Source: Phoronis australis
Taxonomy: Eukaryota; Animalia; Phoronida
Assembly (NCBI GenBank): GCA_002633005.1
Contig: NMRA01000124.1
Location: forward strand, 389,814 to 453,813
Direction: 5' to 3'
Length of the DNA stretch: 64,000 nt
A model generated the notes under the pieces. That model was not told the DNA's origin. It was given only the letters and a program-made list of their open reading frames with translations, and did no database searches. This document shows, one piece after another, positions 50,801 through 64,000 of this stretch. How positions within the stretch are numbered: position 1 is the stretch's first letter; the number at the start of each line of letters is the position of its first letter. Position numbers and translations under genes: made by a program.

Positions 50801-53800
50801 ATGGAGTTTACCCTCTACTCGATACGATCTTCCAAGAAACAAAACTGCAAATAATCTGCCTAAGGGTGAAAACTGGTTTACATGTAATTTGCCAGGGTAG
50901 GTCTAATTTGCTATTTACATGGCTACTGACAAAAGTATAACGTGCGTTAGGCTTATTTTCCACTTTTGATTCCCACCATAATGTCATGTTAGGGCAATTG
51001 ATAAACGTGTTTAAGAAGCGATGTCAAGTTTATTATTTACACGCTCAATATTTCATCGCGTTACGAGTCTCTAATTACGTTGCCGAGATGCTAATATAAT
51101 TTTTTCCACCATCACTGCCTAGTGTCTCGTTGTGGACCAGAATCTCACCTGGTTTATTTCCGATATGATGGCACTGCTAGCATGAACAAATGGCTTGTTC
51201 ACTTTACGCAGTGCAACCAGTTGCTCGTTATATTGACCCACCGGTGCAAAAACTTGCTTCATATTGGAGGTCGCAATTCCTTTGTTCTCGTCTTGAAATG
51301 TGTCCCCAGAAGAGAGACTTAAATTTGCGCCGAAGTCGTCATTTTGCTGTGAAATTATAAATAAAAGGTAAAAAAATCCTGTCAAGCTGAAACAGTCACA
51401 CAAAGAGAAACATTGTTTCAGTCACCATTTACAGTAGAAAACTGGAAATCAGATGCTAGCAAAATCAGTTTCGGCTGAGAATTCTCATATTTTCTTTTTT
51501 CATAAGGCAAAGAGACTGCCAACGGTCTTTAATTTTCTTACATCTGCAAGGTCATACAACACTTGACTGACAAGCAAACACGTGTGGTGGTCATACCAAA
51601 AAACTTTTCCCTTTGGATGCCTTGCCGTGCCAGTTATTAACGTTGACGTTACTGAAGTTCTTTACTGTATCCATGACAACGATGTCACACCAGTTGATTT
51701 TCCAGTTCATGCTGTGAAGATTTTTTCTGCGTATTCTGAGACAATAGCAATACCCGTGTTATTAACAGCAACAATATCAAATCGCCAACGTACGTACAAC
51801 TAGAGAAAACAACGTCTTTCACAAACAAAGGTAATAACAATAAAATCTGTTTACAACGTCAGTTAAATAATAAAGATTGTTAAACAATAAACAACAGCCA
51901 ACACTATCAAATGAATATTGATAAGAGACTCCGTCGAGAATGACGTAAGGAATGACATTGTGATAATCAAACATCGAAATCAATTTCGAAGACTTATCAT
52001 TTTACAACATCATTTGAAGTTGGTCCCACTTAAATTTTACACAATACATGCAATTATACATTGCACTTAACTGCTAACCCAGTGTCAGGACTTATTACCT
52101 TGAAAATATTACAGTTGCAATGCTAGCTCCGATAACCACGACTCCCGAAACAACGGAAATGACGACAGTTTGAACTGTAAGATAAATTACTTTTAAATAC
52201 TAGCACTTTAACACATTAATGGTTATTAAGAAAGCACCGTATCACGCAGTAGAGTCTACAACACCTGAACACCAAATATGACATGTTAACAACCATGATG
52301 TCTTGCGTGTTTTAAACCGAGCTTCTTTCACTAAATTTCATAACCTCATAGTGTTTTTGTTTAGTCTCACCCAGGACGTGCGCCAAAACTCACAAATGGT
52401 CGCAAGTGTCCATATAGATAGACTCTAGTGCTGAAACGTCGTCAAGTCACGTGAGTTTGATGAAACAGGCCCTAGACGCATAGGGCAGCATACACACAAC
52501 TTTAAGAGAGAAGTTAAAATGAAAACTCCCTTAATGAATATACAAACTTCACAACGGGCAGGGGGCAATGCAAGTAACCTATATGCTAAGTTCAGAAACA
52601 CCGTCGATAAAAAGCCTTTCCCGAAACAGGTGCGTGTTTACCGTAACTGCATTACATTACATCGCGCTATATAGTCTGCATCAGTCAGGCGCAGAGCTAA
52701 CGGGGTCTAAACCGTAGCTCTGAGCGTTGATACTACTGAAATGAAGGAGTATAAGAAACCTCATGTTTGTCCATTGTCAGAAGCGACTCTGAGCTTGGGG
52801 TGCGCTCCATAGAGCGACTTTGGCCACATCGCTCAAGATCACGCACCAGAATTAGGTGAATGTTCTGCGAGTAAGAGTGAGACTGCACCAGAGTAGACTA
52901 ACAAAATGGCGGTCACTGAAGAGGAAAGACAGCCAGGCTAGAATGTTGACATTATAAAAGTAAACTCCCTCTTTACACCAACCAAAAATTTTCTCCGCAA
53001 GTGTCTTGCGACTGTCTTGCGTTACGGAACGCAACTTTAATCCACGTTAGCCTTTTCAAATGGTCTTACTGTAACTGTTGTCTTCAACAATGCAGAGTTC
53101 CCCGTACCACCCGCACTCTGGCCTTCCGCGAGGCGGATTTCTGCCACCACCTGGCCAGATAATCAAATCATCCGTCAGGTGGAGCCGATGTTCTCGAGGA
53201 AGCCTGAAAACGTAAAGGTTACATCATAGATTCTTCCCATTAAAAAGAACTCCATTCGGTGCCAAGGTGTTACCATTCATTAAACTAAACATAAACAAAG
53301 GGTCCCACTCAAAAATGAGCTGCTTGCGAAACAAAAACGCGTGAACTATTATCGTACATCCCATTTGCCATTTATTCATTTGAAGCCAGATAGAACTAGC
53401 AATTAGCACGTCAAACACAAACTTTGAACTTTTGCCGTCACCATTTTGACCCCAATAAACTATGTAGTGTTTTCTTGAGTCGCTTGAAATTTCGATGTTC
53501 TGACTGGTGACAGAAATAGAATCCTAACGACGGTAAGGCATACTTTGAGACCGAAATTATGAGACAAAAAGCCGATTTTTTTGTTTTCATCTAGCTAAAC
53601 AGGGAGAACTGCAGTTTTAGATATGCAGCGTTTTAACGAACGGAAGCGACTGACGAATAGAGTACGAGATAACATTGGATTTTTACATTAATTATTGGTA
53701 AATGTCAACACTTACGAGACATTATAAAGTCCCACTTCGACAAAATATCCATTCACCACGTTTTTCAGTAGATAATTTGGAAACCGATTTCCGTTTCGGT

Positions 53801-56800
53801 CAATCTCCACGTCTTTCCCATAGATACCTAAAACAATAATTTTGTTAAAACAACGAGCGACTTTTTAATTATTAAAGTCACTAATATTTGGGAAGAAATA
53901 TGTTCTCAGCCTGTTAACTTATTTCCATTTCAAGATATCTCTCCGCTCAATAAAGTCATATTACGTGCCTTGAACAGAAAGGGTTTAAATGTACAGAAAT
54001 TAAAGTTTCGACATATTTCGATACATTCACACTCATCACCGTCATAAAGAAAACATTGGCCTCCTAATGAACAAGGCCAAACAAGTGTTGTGTTTGGTCC
54101 TTTTTAATTCGACGGCCAATTTTTTCATAACGGTGACGTGTGAGTAATTTCAAATATGTCAAAATTTAAATATTTAATTTGTTACACACTTGTCTTCAGT
54201 GACACCAAACACAAATTACACGTCTTCAACTGACTGTAAGTTTTACTTTTTAATACAAAACCGAAAATTCTATGACTCTGAAACATCAATAATTACAAAA
54301 TAATAAACAACAAAGATGACATTAAGAATAATAATAACGACATTTACGATAGTAACAACGGTAGCCGCCTGCTAATGGTATCGCTATTAGCACTTTCCTA
54401 TATCATAACATTATCCTTAAGCATGCTAAACGGCTATGCACGTTTATTTGAAGCGGCTGTAAACCCACCTTCCATCGTAAAAACAACTTTTAAATTAACC
54501 CACTTATCGTCATGATTTTATTCCTTAATCCAACACCAAGTTGGTGATTTCAAGGCATGGAAGGAAGGAAGGGAACATGGCCACAAAGAATAACGAATTG
54601 CAAAACGCAAAACACAAAAATTGACTTCTCATCTACATCAAGGAAAATGATCAATTTCAGTAGTACAAATCAAAAATTTCGTTTCCTGAACGTGATGCGG
54701 TTCTATAGTCGCTTTAACAGTAAAATCTACAAATGATACGCATAAGTGGTTTAATAAATCTCTTGTGAATGTAACATTTACCTGGAAATGTAATGTTAAA
54801 CAGACGTTTGCTAACTTCTGTCCCATTCTCAACGTCACCAACCTCCGCGATAGTCTTGTTGAGTGCCACTGCGTATAGCATCATGGCGTCATACAGCAAG
54901 GGGGCGTGACTGTCGGTCTGTCAAGACGGTGATACGTTTGTCAAAATGCTTATAAATTCAACACACCGCTTAAAACTGGGATTATGTAGCTATCTGAGCA
55001 TCTCTCATCAACACAATAATGACACGTGTGTGTGTTTACACGTCCATAAAGATACACAAAATTTACTTATAGATATCCATAGTGTTTGCATTAATTCTGT
55101 TTTTCAAAATACCCAAAAAGGCAAAAGAAAATAAAATGGAATTTTAATGATGTCACGAACATTTAAAATCTCAATCCAAGAATGAAAACTCTGTAGTTAG
55201 ACTTACTCCTTCTCCTGATGGAAACTCCATACTGAACGGCTCGTCGGACATCCTTCCTTTAACTTCAGCAATAAAGTCCGCATACTTGCCTTGGTTTTTG
55301 GGCTCATAAACAGTGATATCGATTGTCCCTATTTTCAAGAAAACAACTCGAAAGTTTTTCACTGAAATGGCAGGTCACACTAAGTGAGAAGCCGCTACAT
55401 GATGTGGAATCAACTTTAAAACATGATAGTCTTGTTGCACGGGTCTAGTGTTTTGGCAAGGGCGTAGGATATGTCTATGTTCAAAATTTGTTTTGTTGGC
55501 CAGTTGAATGCCTTTCGCAGGTAAACTTTTTCACAACAGAAGGCGTTTTTACGGATGGAATGAAAAGTCCAATGAGTCGTGGACAGTGAGTTGGTATATA
55601 GACCTAACGTTTATCTAAAGACACATTAATGGCAAGAAATGTAATTTTTGATATCAGCCCCAGCACGGAATCGAACATGCAAAAACTGCGGTCGTAGACT
55701 GACGCTCTGCTGGCGCACCTACTGTAAGTCCCAGGACAAATGTATTTTAAAAGCATAAAGTCGCCACCCTTGATTTATGAGAATATCTGACAACGTCGAT
55801 AATTAGCAACTTTCTCATAAAATACAACAGATCTTATTGTTTCGTAGCACTGTTCCAAGCTAATATCTTCAAGAAGTCTATGCCATCCAACAACAATGCC
55901 CACCATGCATTTTTGCGAAATCTACTTTGCCTATCAAATTTTTGCAAGATTCATGCATCTACATGTATGTAGCTAGTATGACGCCAAGCCGAAAATGACA
56001 CATGCAAAATCTCTTTTGTGTTTTGTCGCAGTATATTTACCAAAGTTCTCATAAATTCTTCTACAGGCATGCGCACATATAAATTTGGAAATCGGTTAAA
56101 ATCAAATGGCAAGTGTACTTGGAACGGCTCGGGTGTTTTCGAAGTCAGGAATTATCCCTAAAAATTTTCTAGTTTGCCCATGTGCGAACTTCAATCGGGG
56201 ATTTGGTCAAGAAGCGGCTAAAAGCATACCTAGCAGGCATTGAAAGTCATATGCGACGGAAATCTTAATCCTTGGTTTGTCTCTTCATTTTCTGTTCATC
56301 TTTTTAAGCCTGTTATCACAGAAGACAATGGCGGATCTACGGAGGGGTTCAGGGGGTTTAACCGCCCCAGCAAAACAAAAACGGCACCGCTAGCGTGTGT
56401 AAGCCCCAAGTAAACCAACTTGGAAAAAATTGAGGGGGGGGGGTCACTGTGAAAATATAATTTTTTGCATTGTGAATTGCTGAGTCTTCGTGGCTCATCG
56501 GCAAAACGCGCGGAGATCAATTGTGCGCGCGCTTCCGTCGACACTTCGGAAGTAACCAAGCATTCGAAATGGATCCACCGCTGAAAGAGTAATTCTATAG
56601 CTGATTTCTTTAAGTAACTAGCTTCTTTACTGTAAGATATGTTTTGATTTGATTAGGAGAAATACTGTGGTGCCGCAACCCTGATATTCAGGCGAATTGA
56701 CGTGCAGCGTTTTTACCTCATCTGTCATGCCGTGTCGTTCTATTACACTCCACACGTTTGTAACTGATGAATAGTAAAGTTGTCTTGCGCAATATCATAC

Positions 56801-59800
56801 AGTGTACATGTACATGTAATATTTTTGAAAAAACTTCTTTTTCCGAAGAATTGCTACTTTGGCGGGTGCCGTGGTCTGGTCGCGAGTCCGTTTGAAGATA
56901 CACTCTAACAAGTTATGTCCATACAAGGAATGACCAAGGGAGCACTCACATTGACAAAGTGACCGCATTCGCGAAAAGTGTATAGTACCAGAAATTGCGG
57001 GGAGGCTGTTCTTTCACAACAAAGTCTTGCGGGACTCGTGAGATGTTCAATAGACCTCCTAAGGAGCCCTAGTTCCGACCTCAACACCTAACGTCTTCCT
57101 ACCTGCAATAAGCACACTGCCGTCTTCTATACTAGGAATTTCGGCAGAAAGGCCCACCCGATGAAACGCTCATGCCCATGGGCATTTATTTGATGTTAGT
57201 ACTTCGGGTTTCAAGCGTTCAGACATTGGGACGTTTATTTCGAAAATTGCAAGAGATGCAAATAGGTCCTGGGATACATCGTCAAGGTTTGAAGTAGTCC
57301 ATGATGAAAGGATCAAATTTAGTTGCGCATGTAAGTCTTTTGAATGGACTTGGCAACCTCAAGGGTCTTAGTGCCAACTGAGCTGCGAAACGAGATGCTG
57401 ACATTGTAGAGGCTTACAAGCTCATTGACACAGCAGTTGTCGAAGTGCAAGCGTTGGAAACAAACATCGAAGGTATCTGGGTAGAACGGTTCCAAGACGA
57501 GCAAACCATCGGATCCTATATACAGAAGGATACATGTAGGACTTACGTATGAATAACCACTGGGGATTAAAAAGTGTCTATAGAGAGGTTTCGATTAAAA
57601 TTTTTTTGCACAGTACACTTTAGGTCTCGCGACTGACCAGGGCCCGGTCTCTATTCTTTGTACTCGAAACAAACTCGAAACTATTTTTGGCACTTTCTCT
57701 GCTCCTTTTGTGCGAACTTAAGATAATTGGTTATCAGTCTGTGCTCGAATACATTATAGTTTATGCACAGGAGTTTCTAGTTCAAGTTTGCCCTTGAAGA
57801 CCCTTATATTCGTGCTACAAACTCGAGTAAAAACTTGAAATTTCGAGTTCAAACTCGAACTTATTGCTTTAATATTGGGTTTACAAACTGTGAACTAAGG
57901 GCAATAAATTATCTACGTAAGTTATTGTGTACTCGAGCATAGAATAATAGTTTCGTGAAACTGTTTTCAGATGATTTGTTTCCTGATACAATTGACGTTT
58001 TTCAATTTTTGTCAACGGGATTCAGCTTAATAAAGTGATACTTAGTTATTTATTGTCGTTTTCAATAAAAGACTGTGAGCTGAGTGCACCATCGTTCTCC
58101 AGTTTTTCTCGTAACGAGACAGAACTCATGTTTATTTCCGGACTAACAGTACAGGTTTTCGTTCATAAACAACTTGAGGCTGCTGTAACGCGATCATCTG
58201 ATATTCAAGTTCTTACACCCCGTCAGTGCTCCTTATGCTCCTGAATATTTGGAAGTTGTCTAAACCCCTGCATACACACCAAACTTTTTCGTATACGACT
58301 TTTCGTATGCTAAAAAAGGTGTTTGTAAACAGACGTTCCAACAAAACTTTTTGCTGGAGGCGTGACTCATACCCAGATGTGCACAATAAGGTTTCATAAA
58401 ACTTATGAGCCAAGTTCATGTGACGAAATCGAGAAGGGTTTTTAATTATCTCCAGAAAAATGTTAAGTGCCAGAAACTTACCAGGATGGATGGAAATTTC
58501 ACTATTTGGCAACAAAAACAAAAAATGTCTTACACGGGAACCCCCCTCCCGACCTCCCCCCGCTCGGCGCCTTGCGCCTACGATTCGACCTTTGCGGGAA
58601 TTCTAAACCCACCCCTTACTGAAAACGTAGATCCGCCACTGGAGGAATTCCGACGCATTAAACATAATTCTTTATTTTGAGAGTCACAAGACTTGCTGTA
58701 ATGATTGAAGCTCGTACACGTGCAGATATGAAACACACCTGAGACTTCAAAAATGCCCGCGGCGTTCCGGATATGACAGCTGGTCACATGGGATTGAGAA
58801 CACCAGGGTAGAGTTCATTAGCTGTCTCGCGGAGAGGAAAATATATTAAAAAACACGTGCTCTCAATGAAAATACACGGCAACATCTCATGAGCTCTTGC
58901 TTTTTAGCGAGGTCCTAGCGAGTTCTTAGCGTTACTGAACTCTACCCAGCTAACACTTTTCTGAGCGAAAGTGATTTTAATTTCGTGGGCACGTTTTGGG
59001 AATTGATGCAAACAAATTCTATGCCTTTTGCACGGAAATAAATGGTTAACTAAAGAAGCACTCAGGGGGTTTGCTTAAACATTGAACCAACAACAAGTGA
59101 TTCGGTGAGACAAGGAAGCTAGATGTTAACCTAGTAGGAGTCATTATTTGTAAATAAAGTCTTCCTCACCTTCAAGTGCTTGTCGTGCTTGTTCATCTTT
59201 GCCGTCATTTCCCTGCCATGTTTGAACGCCTTGGAATGACGAGTAGACCATTTCGGTGGTGAAGAATGCGTACTCTCCCCCAAGCATATTCAGTTCAGCA
59301 GCGTGAATCATGAAGTCACGCGCGTCCCCGGGGTAGCATAGCAGGAAAAACACTGTTGAATGAAAAGGAAAACTTGATCCAAGTTATCGAATGATTTTGA
59401 ATGGTCTATGAAGTTGTTCCTCTTATTAGGACAGCTATGCAGACTCCTCAAATTTTGTAGAGCTTTACGTGAACTAGTTCCCAGGATCTAATCTTTGTAC
59501 TCGATAATCGACTCAAAAGCTCAATATTGCTTGGCACGTTTCGAGTAGACTTACACATACAAATGTGTACTTGAATCTTGCAATCTTGCAATATGATTGG
59601 TTGTTTCGCCTTCGAGTCCGAGTGGAATCTAAGTTCGAAGATTAGACCGAGGACTCAGGGCTAAATTTTCTCAAAGATCAAAGAAACACCAGAACGTTTA
59701 CCAAATTGTAAATTACCTTTTTTAAAGTTGAAGTGACTTCAAAGCCATTTGTTTGCTCATTAATGGAATGTGACAAACATAATATCTCATTTTCTTCTTA

Positions 59801-62646
59801 ATAAACAAACAAGTCAAAATAACATATCTTTACAGATGCAATCAGTTAATGCCAGAGTGTAGACTATGCGCACACCTTTTGCCTTTTCCTTCACCTCGCT
59901 GAGCACTTGTCCATGAGATTTACCTGTACGTGTAGCATGAGCCTCTTTGATCTGGCCCTCAAACATACTCACGTAAATCGCTTCCAAACCCCAAAGTTCA
60001 AGAGATTCCTGAAATTCAGAGGAACATTACGCACGTGAAATCTTGTGTGCAACGATAAATTTTCATTTGAATTGAAAAAGTAAATGAAACAAAAAGAACA
60101 AATGAAACGACAGACACTTTATTGCCTCGTCGCAACGAAATGGCACACAGGTACTAAAATTACCGATTTGTGCCAAGACGTATAAAATGAATCGCAAACC
60201 CCATATACATGTAATGTCTTCAATAGATACTGTGCCCGCATATGCTCATAGTTATAACCTTTTTGTGTTTTTGTTTGTTTGCTTGCCAGTCCGTTTGTAT
60301 TTGTGTATTCTTGGGGTAATTGAGTATTATACTTCTCATAGTGTTATACCAAATATAATGATTCGGCTATTAGGTATCAGCATTACATTAATAAATACAT
60401 TTCGTATTAATAATAAATGTATAATAAAATATTTTTTCACACGAGTAAGTAAAATTGATAACACTACTGCCCAGAAATCGAATTAGCATTGTATCAAGCA
60501 AACATTAAAACATAAGTATATACTTAGTTGGGAAACGTATTGATTATTTTGATGTCTACGTGTCGTCATAAGTTATCATTCCCTTATTCAAGCTTATTCA
60601 ATAAAATATTGAAATAGAATCTAGCCTATCTACGCTTGGCTTGTAGAACGCATAAACATACTCTGGGATAAATGTAAAGTTTGTCTCAATTACTTCCAAA
60701 TTCATAATTCGAAAAGGTATTTCTGCATTGATTGTTGGGAATTTTTATTTTCAGTTTTTCACCATATCGGAGAGACGTTTACTCAACCATCTTGATATGA
60801 TGTATTTACTCAATTTGTAATAACGTTGAGCCGTTTCTTCTACTCAAGTCTTCGATATAAATAATGGTTTCTAATGAACAAATAAAGCAGACATAAACTC
60901 ACTTTCCAGAAAAAACTAAGTTTTGAATTAGGACACTTACTGCCACAAATCAGGCTTTAACGAGTGTCTTACTCGGATTAGAGACGCTTTCTGAGGTTGA
61001 GACGGTTCTTTATTGCTTGAGATCGGGTTCGATAAGTTGGATTGTCACGGCGTGTTATTTTATGCCCGAACACAGTATCAAGTATTGTCGAGCTGCCATC
61101 CGAGTAAGATACATGTACAAGTTGAGACTAATTTGATAGCGGTATAGATCAAAATTCATTTACGGCTAAAGACGCATTCGTTGTCGCTTTAAAATAGTGG
61201 ATACTGTTTTTAGAATATGACTTTAAAGAGGCATGGAAATCAAAAGCTCATAAAAATTTATTTTAGACAGATCGTGACGAATCTACTTCTTGGGTATCCT
61301 CATTTGATGATTATTTAATTTGCATATTGCAAACATTTCCAGAAAATATCGCCAAATTCACTATTTTTGAAAAACGGACGAAACGAGAACTTTTTCATCC
61401 CAATGCAGTTTCAGTTTCTCCGACCTTTTGCATTTTCTTAAAGAAGTCATTCTGACTGCGATTTGAAATCGCTATTGTTTTGTTTATATCTAAGATCAAA
61501 AGGTCACATTTCCATATTAGGAAAATGTTCTACATCTGCGTCTTGCCGTACCAAATAAGGAGGCGTGCTTTTCCGTGTTGGACAAAAATTTACGAAATGA
61601 CGAGTACTTGACAGAAACTGAAGGAGAGATGCTTTGACAACAACAGAAATTCAAAATCTTTACGAAGAAGCCTTAAACATAGGCCTACCTGGTGAACAGT
61701 TAAACTTCTGTTTCAATAGCAAAAAAACACTTTGAATAATGCAATTTAGTCAAATTTTCACTTTCTATGCCACTTTAAAATAGCAAATGAGTACCAGCGG
61801 CCCATTCAGTTTCATTTATTGCGTTAAAATGTACTGAAATCTGCCTTACCTGCAAAAACACAGCAGTCAGAGTCCAATGATATGCCGCGGAAGGCACAAG
61901 AGCGATACGTGTCCAGTTGTAATGGCGTGCTACAGCGTAGATAATATGGTCTAGATGTTCGCTAGGGGGCAGCGTGCGAGCAAATGTTGGATAAGTTTCT
62001 TTGTCACTCAGGATAGTCGATATACAACCGTAACTTATCATAGGGATCTCCCAAGCTGCTGCTAACAGGGCTCCAGGCTCACAAATGGCGTCGCACGCTG
62101 GCCCTGAAAATAAAAGTAAAATAATTTAAACTTCTTCTTTAACCCAAACGCACTTTCCGTAAATCTAATTACCAGTAATCAAGAAAGAATTGTGCCATTA
62201 ATATTAAGTATCCTCACAAAAACACTGGATCAACGAAAAATATACGTAAAACTATAAACGTTCTTCTTTTTTATAGAAACGCCTTTAATTTAATTGAATT
62301 CGCAGTTAAGAAGGTTATCGTTAGGTCTAGACTACTTACCGATGAGCGCATCTGCACCTTTCTTTGACCAAATGTCGACAATATGTTTCAGGCCTGTACT
62401 AGCGTCGCACTGTGTGTCCCGCCACACGAAGTCTACCGTGTGATTATCTCTTCGCAGCATAGTGAAAGTGGGATCCTCGTTTATTCTGTCCATGGCTATC
62501 AAGGCCGCACTGACCGATGTTCGACCAATGGGCCATGGTCCAGTGGTTGGAATAAGGACACCCAGTCGAAATTTTCTCGCCTCTGTGGCGTAAACGTATA
62601 GAATCAATTGGAAAACGAGAGTTTTGAGTAATGGGACACGTTCCAT
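38877..62646 (-). CDS. Receptor (membrane) guanylyl cyclase B, natriuretic-peptide-receptor-like, 22 coding exons, ~1090 aa
   Basis: Exons on minus strand: 62646-62340, 62103-61850, 60008-59876, 59352-59170, 55328-55207, 54917-54782, 53827-53716, 53203-53070, 52174-52099, 51735-51597, 51346-51149, 50706-50530 (GC donor), 49370-49208, 48911-48762, 48185-48011, 47558-47418, 46908-46785, 46350-46282, 45362-45188, 41222-41124, 40746-40655, 38990-38877 (3273 nt). Internal exon lengths equal gene A except exon 10 (+3). Canonical cyclase motifs [40 protein letters not shown]. Confidence 0.95.
39059..39120 (+). other. Degenerate tRNA-like sequence / SINE head
   Basis: A-box-like TGGTATTGTGGTA, B-box GGTTCGAATC and terminal ctagc/gctag pairing, but no proper anticodon arm. 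Similar relics at ~18805-18900 and ~55655-55730 (-). Confidence 0.3.
39144..39397. mobile_element. MITE in the last intron of gene B
   Basis: TIRs caggagcccgttccaagaaactgactta / taagtcagttttgttggaacgggccccag; internal cttaag repeats. Confidence 0.75.
41645..41722. repeat. ~75-bp palindromic mini-element, with related copies at ~17875-17950 and ~19490-19560
   Basis: Arms of the form cattttg(t)agaa(t)cagttt / aaactggttctcaaaat. Confidence 0.5.
42051..44862. mobile_element. Degenerate ISL2EU-like DNA transposon in gene B intron 19
   Basis: Imperfect ~55-bp TIRs (ggggctattcggaaaat...tgtactagtggtgat vs reverse complement gcggttattcggagaat...tgtactagtggtgat) with AT on both flanks. Spliced SAP-like relic [20 protein letters not shown]|FEGLY (42156-42235 joined to 42685), YqaJ-like fragments at ~43470-43640, and a weak THAP-like relic on minus near 44590-44720. 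Confidence 0.6.
56326..56583. mobile_element. MITE related to 147-309 (gene B intron 4)
   Basis: caatggcggatctac ... ggatccaccgctg; flanks GAAGA / AAAGA. Further related ends at ~47266-47397 and ~58600-58641. Confidence 0.6.
57300..57505 (+). mobile_element. hAT transposase fragment (gene B intron 4)
   Basis: [60 protein letters not shown] resembles the hAT (PRKRIR/ZMYM-type) segment KGLSxKLQKRDxDIVEAY. Confidence 0.55.
57638..57950. mobile_element. Truncated near-identical inverted copy of the 22054-22448 MITE (gene B intron 4)
   Basis: Reverse complement of ~22149-22448 with few substitutions and one small indel. Confidence 0.85.
61227..61774. mobile_element. TTAA-flanked MITE (Kolobok-like) in gene B intron 2
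   Basis: TTAA|AGAGGCATGGAAA ... TTTCTATGCCACT|TTAA. Confidence 0.75.
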
Positions 62647-64000
62647 TATGCAAACGTGCAGGTATAGCTGAATCCATGTGTTGGGAGTTTTGTCTCACTA
62701 TCTTTATGTACGGAATCTTTGGGGAATAGACATCCCGCTAAATCACGTTTTGCCATCACTAAGTATGCAAACATCTCCGGAATAAACTTCACAACAGGCC
62801 AATTAATGTCAGCGTGATTACTTAATTGGTTACGAAAGAAGTATTTACATTGTTGACGCCTTGTAACCACAACAACGCGTTAGTCATGACCATTCTGTTG
62901 TAATTCTTGTGTCAAACTTGACATACTAATTAATCCATGTTGAGCCCGATTCACGTTAGATGGGGTAAATTAGACACCTCTAGAGTCTTCAGCAGGAATC
63001 AACAAAGCGCTAACGCAAGCTTCATGACCACCTGGATCTAATTAGGAGAAACAGAAATCTTCATATTTTAGGTAAAGTTTCCCAGCAAACATTCAACATC
63101 ATTTATATATTTTGATTTTTATTGCAGCACCACGTGGGACAAATTGTCAATGTATATAACGTTTGGCGGGTTTAAGCCCGCCCTCGGCCGAGAACAAGAA
63201 TAAAATAAAATGGCAGCCGAAAATTCTGTTTTGGTGGTTACACGAGCATTTCCTTCGAAAATTGCAAATCTCCCCACTCCTTTGCGACATCTAGATCCGT
63301 CAGTGACAGTAGACGAAAGGCGATTACACCAAGTTAAGTGCACCCATGTCAGAATATTCGAAGGTGCAATAAAACCACATTCTGTAAAAATACTTTGATT
63401 TTGCAGCTCACCACTTAAATTAAAGGTATTTAATGGGCTTGGTAAGACTTTAATAACATGTCGTTACTGCATGATCGCATTAGATTATACTCGACTAGAA
63501 GTTTTGACGCGGCTGGTCATCGTACATGTATACAAGCCGGTTTGACTACACCGGTTGGTCAGTTTATTGTCCGAGCTCGGCGTCATCCCAAACCAGTTTT
63601 TAAAGAGGGATGTATGTCTAAACCTGAAGGTAACCAGGAAGCTGAGGGGTGTCTCATAAAACTTTTTTGTCTTATCTTAGCTCGAAATCGGACTAACTTA
63701 GAAGCAAAATGTCTTAACCCCGTTCCATGAAATTCTAAAGATCGAAACTAAGGCCGAAATCAATCTAAGCCAAGACCCAAAGTTAGCCTGCCACGAAGTA
63801 TAATTAAGACTGGTCTAAATGACAATTGTTTTTACTACTATCACTGTAATATGTTGAAGAACGAAATTTGAGGAACGTGGCCTTGCCTTCCTTTATACAA
63901 ACAGTCCCTTTATTCGATCAGACGAGTTTGGAATGCATGGACTGATAGATCAGTAGCCACACCTCTTTCTCCACCACCCTTCTTTATTTTCAGTTGAGAA

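Noticed and set aside
53224-54700. A second exon-7 copy in gene B
   Set aside because: I scanned introns 6 and 7 of B by eye and found no 112-nt phase-matched homolog. The MNGN...PNG similarity in ORF 53224-53418 lacks matching splice sites and motif spacing.
2909-62698. Many short ORFs antisense or out of frame to cyclase exons (e.g. 2909-3178, 5725-6105, 22735-22998, 62383-62601)
   Set aside because: Shadow ORFs of real exons with no independent motifs.

Overview
AT-rich, intron-containing animal (probably invertebrate) genomic DNA; the taxon cannot be fixed from sequence alone. The window holds two complete paralogous receptor guanylyl cyclase genes of the NPR-A/GC-A type, arranged tail-to-tail. 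Gene A (+, 2874-24069, ~1080 aa) and gene B (-, 62646-38877, ~1090 aa) each have 22 coding exons with matching phases and mostly identical lengths. The pair is asymmetric. Gene B has a canonical cyclase active site. Gene A has lost the conserved catalytic Asn (GDSVYYASR) and has a remodelled KGKG loop, but keeps the metal-binding Asps, a pattern partly like a soluble-GC alpha subunit. Gene A alone carries a duplicated 112-nt ectodomain exon that looks mutually exclusive. The ~15-kb spacer contains an intronless 357-codon orphan ORF with an apparent internal repeat, a nested stack of transposon relics (HERO-type non-LTR split by a TTAA-flanked element containing an LTR+PBS), a Penelope GIY-YIG relic and short satellites. 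Introns carry a Tc1/mariner relic, an ISL2EU-like relic, a hAT fragment and several MITE families. All gene models were derived by hand and functional claims are inferences.
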